This document shows positions 60,924-64,000 of a DNA stretch of 64,000 nucleotides, piece by piece. Location: IMG/VR virus record IMGVR_UViG_3300037248_000024, positions 34,051-98,050 of that record. One strand, 5' to 3'. The translations under genes were made by a program, and so were the position numbers. The stretch is from a virus. The stretch's first letter is position 1. Each line of letters begins with the position of its first letter. The notes beneath the pieces were generated by a model, which was not told the DNA's origin, did not search any database, and was given only the letters and a program-made list of their open reading frames with translations.

Positions 60924-61639
60924 ACGCCGCTCGCATCCGAATTGGTCGCGTCAGGATGAAGAACGGGGGTGCCGACGTGCGGGTTCTGCATAAGGAGCGT
61001 GACTATTTATCCACCCATATGATGGAGTGGGCGAATTACGTCCTTAGCAGAAAACGCAAACCGGATGCCTATGCCGCTATCGCGCTATGGCTGGACCCTA
61101 AAACGCCGGGGCGTCCTTCGCATGATGTCACCTTTCTTACGACGGTAGACGCCCTGCCCGCGCCAGTTCTGGTTCGCATGGCCGGAGATTATCTCGTGAG
61201 TGAACAGTCGGCCTGGGTTGGTAGGTGTTATGCTGTTGAGGCCATGGGACACGAACCCGAGGATTGGAGCCCCGACAATGCCGGATAGTTTTCGAGAGTG
61301 CCTGGTAGCGGACTTCGCCGCGATGCGAAATAACTCTCACATCATGGCATCCCGTGAGGCCGGCGTGCCACCGCCGCCAGCGGATTGCGAGACGGATGGA
61401 TTCTCTTTGTTCGACTGGCGTCGTCCGAAGGAAGACGAGACGCCAACCGCCGATACGCCGGTTTCATTTCGTTGGTGGTTCCAGGACGGAAAGCTGGTCT
61501 GTTTCGCGGCCTACGGCTGGCACAGACGCGAGATCGGTTATGGCCGAACCGTCGAGGACCCGGAGTGGGGATATGGTTTGCTACCGACGCCAATGCGCGA
61601 CGAAGCGGCGCGACGTGAACTTTCAAGGGAGACAGTCTG

Positions 61640-62293
61640 ATGACCTACGCTCAAACCCGTGCCGCCGCGATGGACTCCCACGACCGCCGCCAGCATATGT
61701 ACAAGCGTGGTGGTGAAGTCCACCCCGACGAAGCGCAGGACAAAGAACTGATCCGCGACATGGTGAAGCCAGCCGATCTCAAGAAAGGCGCCAAGGTCGA
61801 GGGCCGGGCGCGCGGCGGAAAAGCCGACCGTCCCGGTAAGGCGAAGACCGTGGTCAATGTGATGGTTCCGCCAGCCACCTCGCCCGCGCCCGTGATACCG
61901 CCGCGACCGCCAGTCATGGCGGCACCCCCTCCACAGATGCCGCCTCCGCGTCCCCCGATGATGCCACCGCCAGGACAGCCCGGCATGGGACCAATGGCGG
62001 GACCGCCTCCTGGGGGGATGATGCCGCGCGCCAAAGGTGGCCGCGCTCATCGCGATCTCGGCGGGGCGACCCCGAACTTCTCCGGCAACATGACGCCGCA
62101 AGTGGCGCAGAACAGTCAGGCGATGGGCCAGACCGGACCAATGTTGCCCGGTGCGCGTCCGCCGATGAAGAAGGGCGGTCGCGCCGAACGGGCGAAGGGT
62201 GGACGCCTGGATGCCGGGGCGGCATCGGGTGTGGGCCGCATTGAGAAGGCCGAGGATGGCCGGAAGGGCGCGATGATTGAGTATGGGGATTGA
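61640..62293 (+). CDS. Pro/Gly-rich head-region protein with repeated (K/R)GGR motifs
   Basis: HPDEAQDKELIR; RARGG, RAKGGR and KKGGR repeats. Confidence 0.7.
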   Translation: MTYAQTRAAAMDSHDRRQHMYKRGGEVHPDEAQDKELIRDMVKPADLKKGAKVEGRARGGKADRPGKAKTVVNVMVPPATSPAPVIPPRPPVMAAPPPQMPPPRPPMMPPPGQPGMGPMAGPPPGGMMPRAKGGRAHRDLGGATPNFSGNMTPQVAQNSQAMGQTGPMLPGARPPMKKGGRAERAKGGRLDAGAASGVGRIEKAEDGRKGAMIEYGD

Positions 62294-62920
62294 GATGCCA
62301 AAGTTACTGAAACCGTCCGAATGGCCAGGGTTTCCGAAACTGGAAGGGCCTCATGATCCGTGGTGGCCGATCCAGGAGGCGGGATGGCCGGTTCCACGCG
62401 AAACGAGTCTGGCCTTCATGCCGCGCGCTGTCGTCGCGGACTTTCCAGGCGTGCGTGACATGATCGTGGCGCATCCCGCGTGGGAACTCGATCCAATTAC
62501 GGATAATGCGTACCGCAGATCGTCTGAGTTTTTGGCGATGCGGGAAAAAAGTGAAGCCCAGCTTTATATCGAGCGCGAAGAAGCAGTGTCGGCCCTTCGT
62601 GCCGCGTGGGATGAGCTTGAATCAAAACTGATCCAGCAGGGCGACGGCATCTCTTGTCCGGTTGGTCCTTTTGGCGCTCACCTTACAAAAGCGTCGATTA
62701 GTGGACGTCGGAGCCAGGATTACGTCCCGTATTCAGACCTGATCGAGATTTGGCGCAACGTCATGCTCCAATCCGCCGGGAAGCATCTCGGTCTTCCGCC
62801 AGAGACGATCCTTTTATGGCGAGAGCCGCCGGAAATCAGCGGGCAGATAGATTTCGGCGAAACAAAAATCACATGGACGGTTTATTGCCGTTATGCGGTG
62901 ACGTTGAGCCCGTTTGTGTG

Positions 62921-63103
62921 ATGCCCCTGATCCACACCGAAGACCTGACCGACAAAGTCACCGCCGCGATTGAAGAAAAATCCGGCCAGATCGTGCTGGG
63001 AATGGCGACCGACTGGGCGGACTATAAAGAACGCACCGGGCATATCGCCGGGTTGCGCGAAGTCGAACGTTTCATCAACGAGATAACGGAGCAGAAGAAA
63101 TGA
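62921..63103 (+). CDS. small conserved protein preceding groES
   Basis: G.ATDWADYK..TG.IAGL motif. Confidence 0.7.
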   Translation: MPLIHTEDLTDKVTAAIEEKSGQIVLGMATDWADYKERTGHIAGLREVERFINEITEQKK

Positions 63104-63549
63104 GTCCCCAAACCGCCAAGGCGCAAGCCGCGCCGAGGCTTGTCCCGGTCGCGCGACCGGACCCCGCGAAGCAACTCATCCTCGACGAACTTGGCGATAT
63201 CTCCGCCGTCAAGGTGCCGCTCAATCGAATCCTGCTCGCGATATACAAGGCGCCGGAGAAGACACCGGGCGGCATCATTCGTCCCGGCATGGTGCAGAAA
63301 GAAGACATCTGGCAGGGCAACTCCGGTCTTGTCGTGAAGATGGGGCCGCACGCCTACGAGCAGACCGACAACATGGATTACGAATGGGCGGATGACGACC
63401 GCTGCCATGTCGGCGACTGGGTGATGTTCCGCCGCGCCGATGGGTTACGGGTCAATGTCAACAACCGGGAATGCCTGCTGCTGGAAAGTGAGAAGGGCAT
63501 CAAGATGGTCATTCCGCATCCGGACATCATTTGGGAGCGGGGGACGTGA
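63100..63549 (+). CDS. groES: GroES-like co-chaperonin
   Basis: NRILL...EKTPGGII...GLVVKMGPHAY...CHVGDWVMF. Confidence 0.85.
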   Translation: MSPQTAKAQAAPRLVPVARPDPAKQLILDELGDISAVKVPLNRILLAIYKAPEKTPGGIIRPGMVQKEDIWQGNSGLVVKMGPHAYEQTDNMDYEWADDDRCHVGDWVMFRRADGLRVNVNNRECLLLESEKGIKMVIPHPDIIWERGT

Positions 63550-63691
63550 GCTCCCCCTCAACCGAACAAGAGCGCGCGTTCAAACTTCGCGAGGGGATCA
63601 TCCACCTTCTCGCGACGACACGCCCTCACCATACCGCCGATGACATCGTGAAAGCCGCCAAAAAACTCGCGGCATACGTGGAGACCGGAAA

Positions 63692-64000
63692 ATGAGCGAA
63701 GCCCAAACCGTCACCCACGTCCGGGGCACCGATGGCGCGCTGAACCCGATCACGGGTGAACCGCCCGGCATCAAGGAAATCCTCGAACGCCGCGCCGCTG
63801 GAGAGCCGCCGGATCGGGAACCACCCGAGGCAACGCCGCCGCCCACACCAGATGCCGCGGCTGTCCAACGTCCCGATGACGATGCCGCCGCCGCTCGTGC
63901 CGCCGCTGAGATCGCGGGGCTTCGCCGCCAGACCGGAGAGGCCGAACGCCGCGCCGCCGAGGCGGAAACCGCGCGACACAATGCCGATGCCGCCAGACTG
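63692..64000 (+). CDS. probable scaffolding protein (5' part, runs off the window)
   Basis: GGAG RBS; acidic/Pro-rich then coiled-coil; position after groES. Confidence 0.5.
   Translation, partial: MSEAQTVTHVRGTDGALNPITGEPPGIKEILERRAAGEPPDREPPEATPPPTPDAAAVQRPDDDAAAARAAAEIAGLRRQTGEAERRAAEAETARHNADAARL

Larger units (their letters stand above)
1..64000. mobile_element. Tailed dsDNA bacteriophage genome segment (probable alphaproteobacterial host)
   Basis: TerS/TerL/portal/GroES, endolysin and a VirE replication module are present, with densely packed small ORFs and no host housekeeping genes. Confidence 0.95.

Noticed and set aside
1-64000. Diversity-generating retroelement, retron or stop-codon recoding
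   Set aside because: No reverse transcriptase motif or TR/VR pair was seen, and the conserved genes are full length in the standard code.

Overview
This is 64 kb of a GC-rich tailed dsDNA phage genome with no host housekeeping genes and no integrase in the window. The host is most likely an alphaproteobacterium (probably Acetobacteraceae-like), judging by EcfG-, GcrA- and DUF4043-capsid-like genes. Layout: (i) 1.5-6 kb, a leftward tRNA-Arg(UCG)/tRNA-Thr(UGU) operon with a 699-aa protein, plus a multi-domain ECF sigma factor. (ii) 6-14.4 kb, rightward lysis genes interleaved with accessory genes (NT5C, DUF1643, peptidase, C5 MTase). (iii) 14.5-26.3 kb, a leftward array of small early genes headed by a solo TnpB and containing Lar, DUF5131 and a trimmed orphan capsid gene. 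(iv) 26.4-43.6 kb, a rightward regulatory/replication arm: CspA, GcrA-like, DnaA-C, ParB-like, beta-clamp-like, MTases, HNH/GIY-YIG, AAA_24, SSB-like, helicase and VirE, ending at an iteron-rich origin. (v) 44-51.5 kb, leftward small genes and a DUF4942-type MTase. (vi) 51.6-64 kb, packaging/head genes (TerS, TerL, portal, GroES, probable scaffold). The most striking candidates for new biology are: a HTH/Zn/GcrA-like-EcfG sigma fusion; a cluster of host cell-cycle-regulator mimics; an internally trimmed second capsid gene among early genes; a TacA-antitoxin-like segment embedded in a mosaic protein; a TnpA-less TnpB wired into the phage operon; and repeated promoter-RHH units, mostly leaderless. 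All family assignments are by motif recognition from memory; no searches were run.
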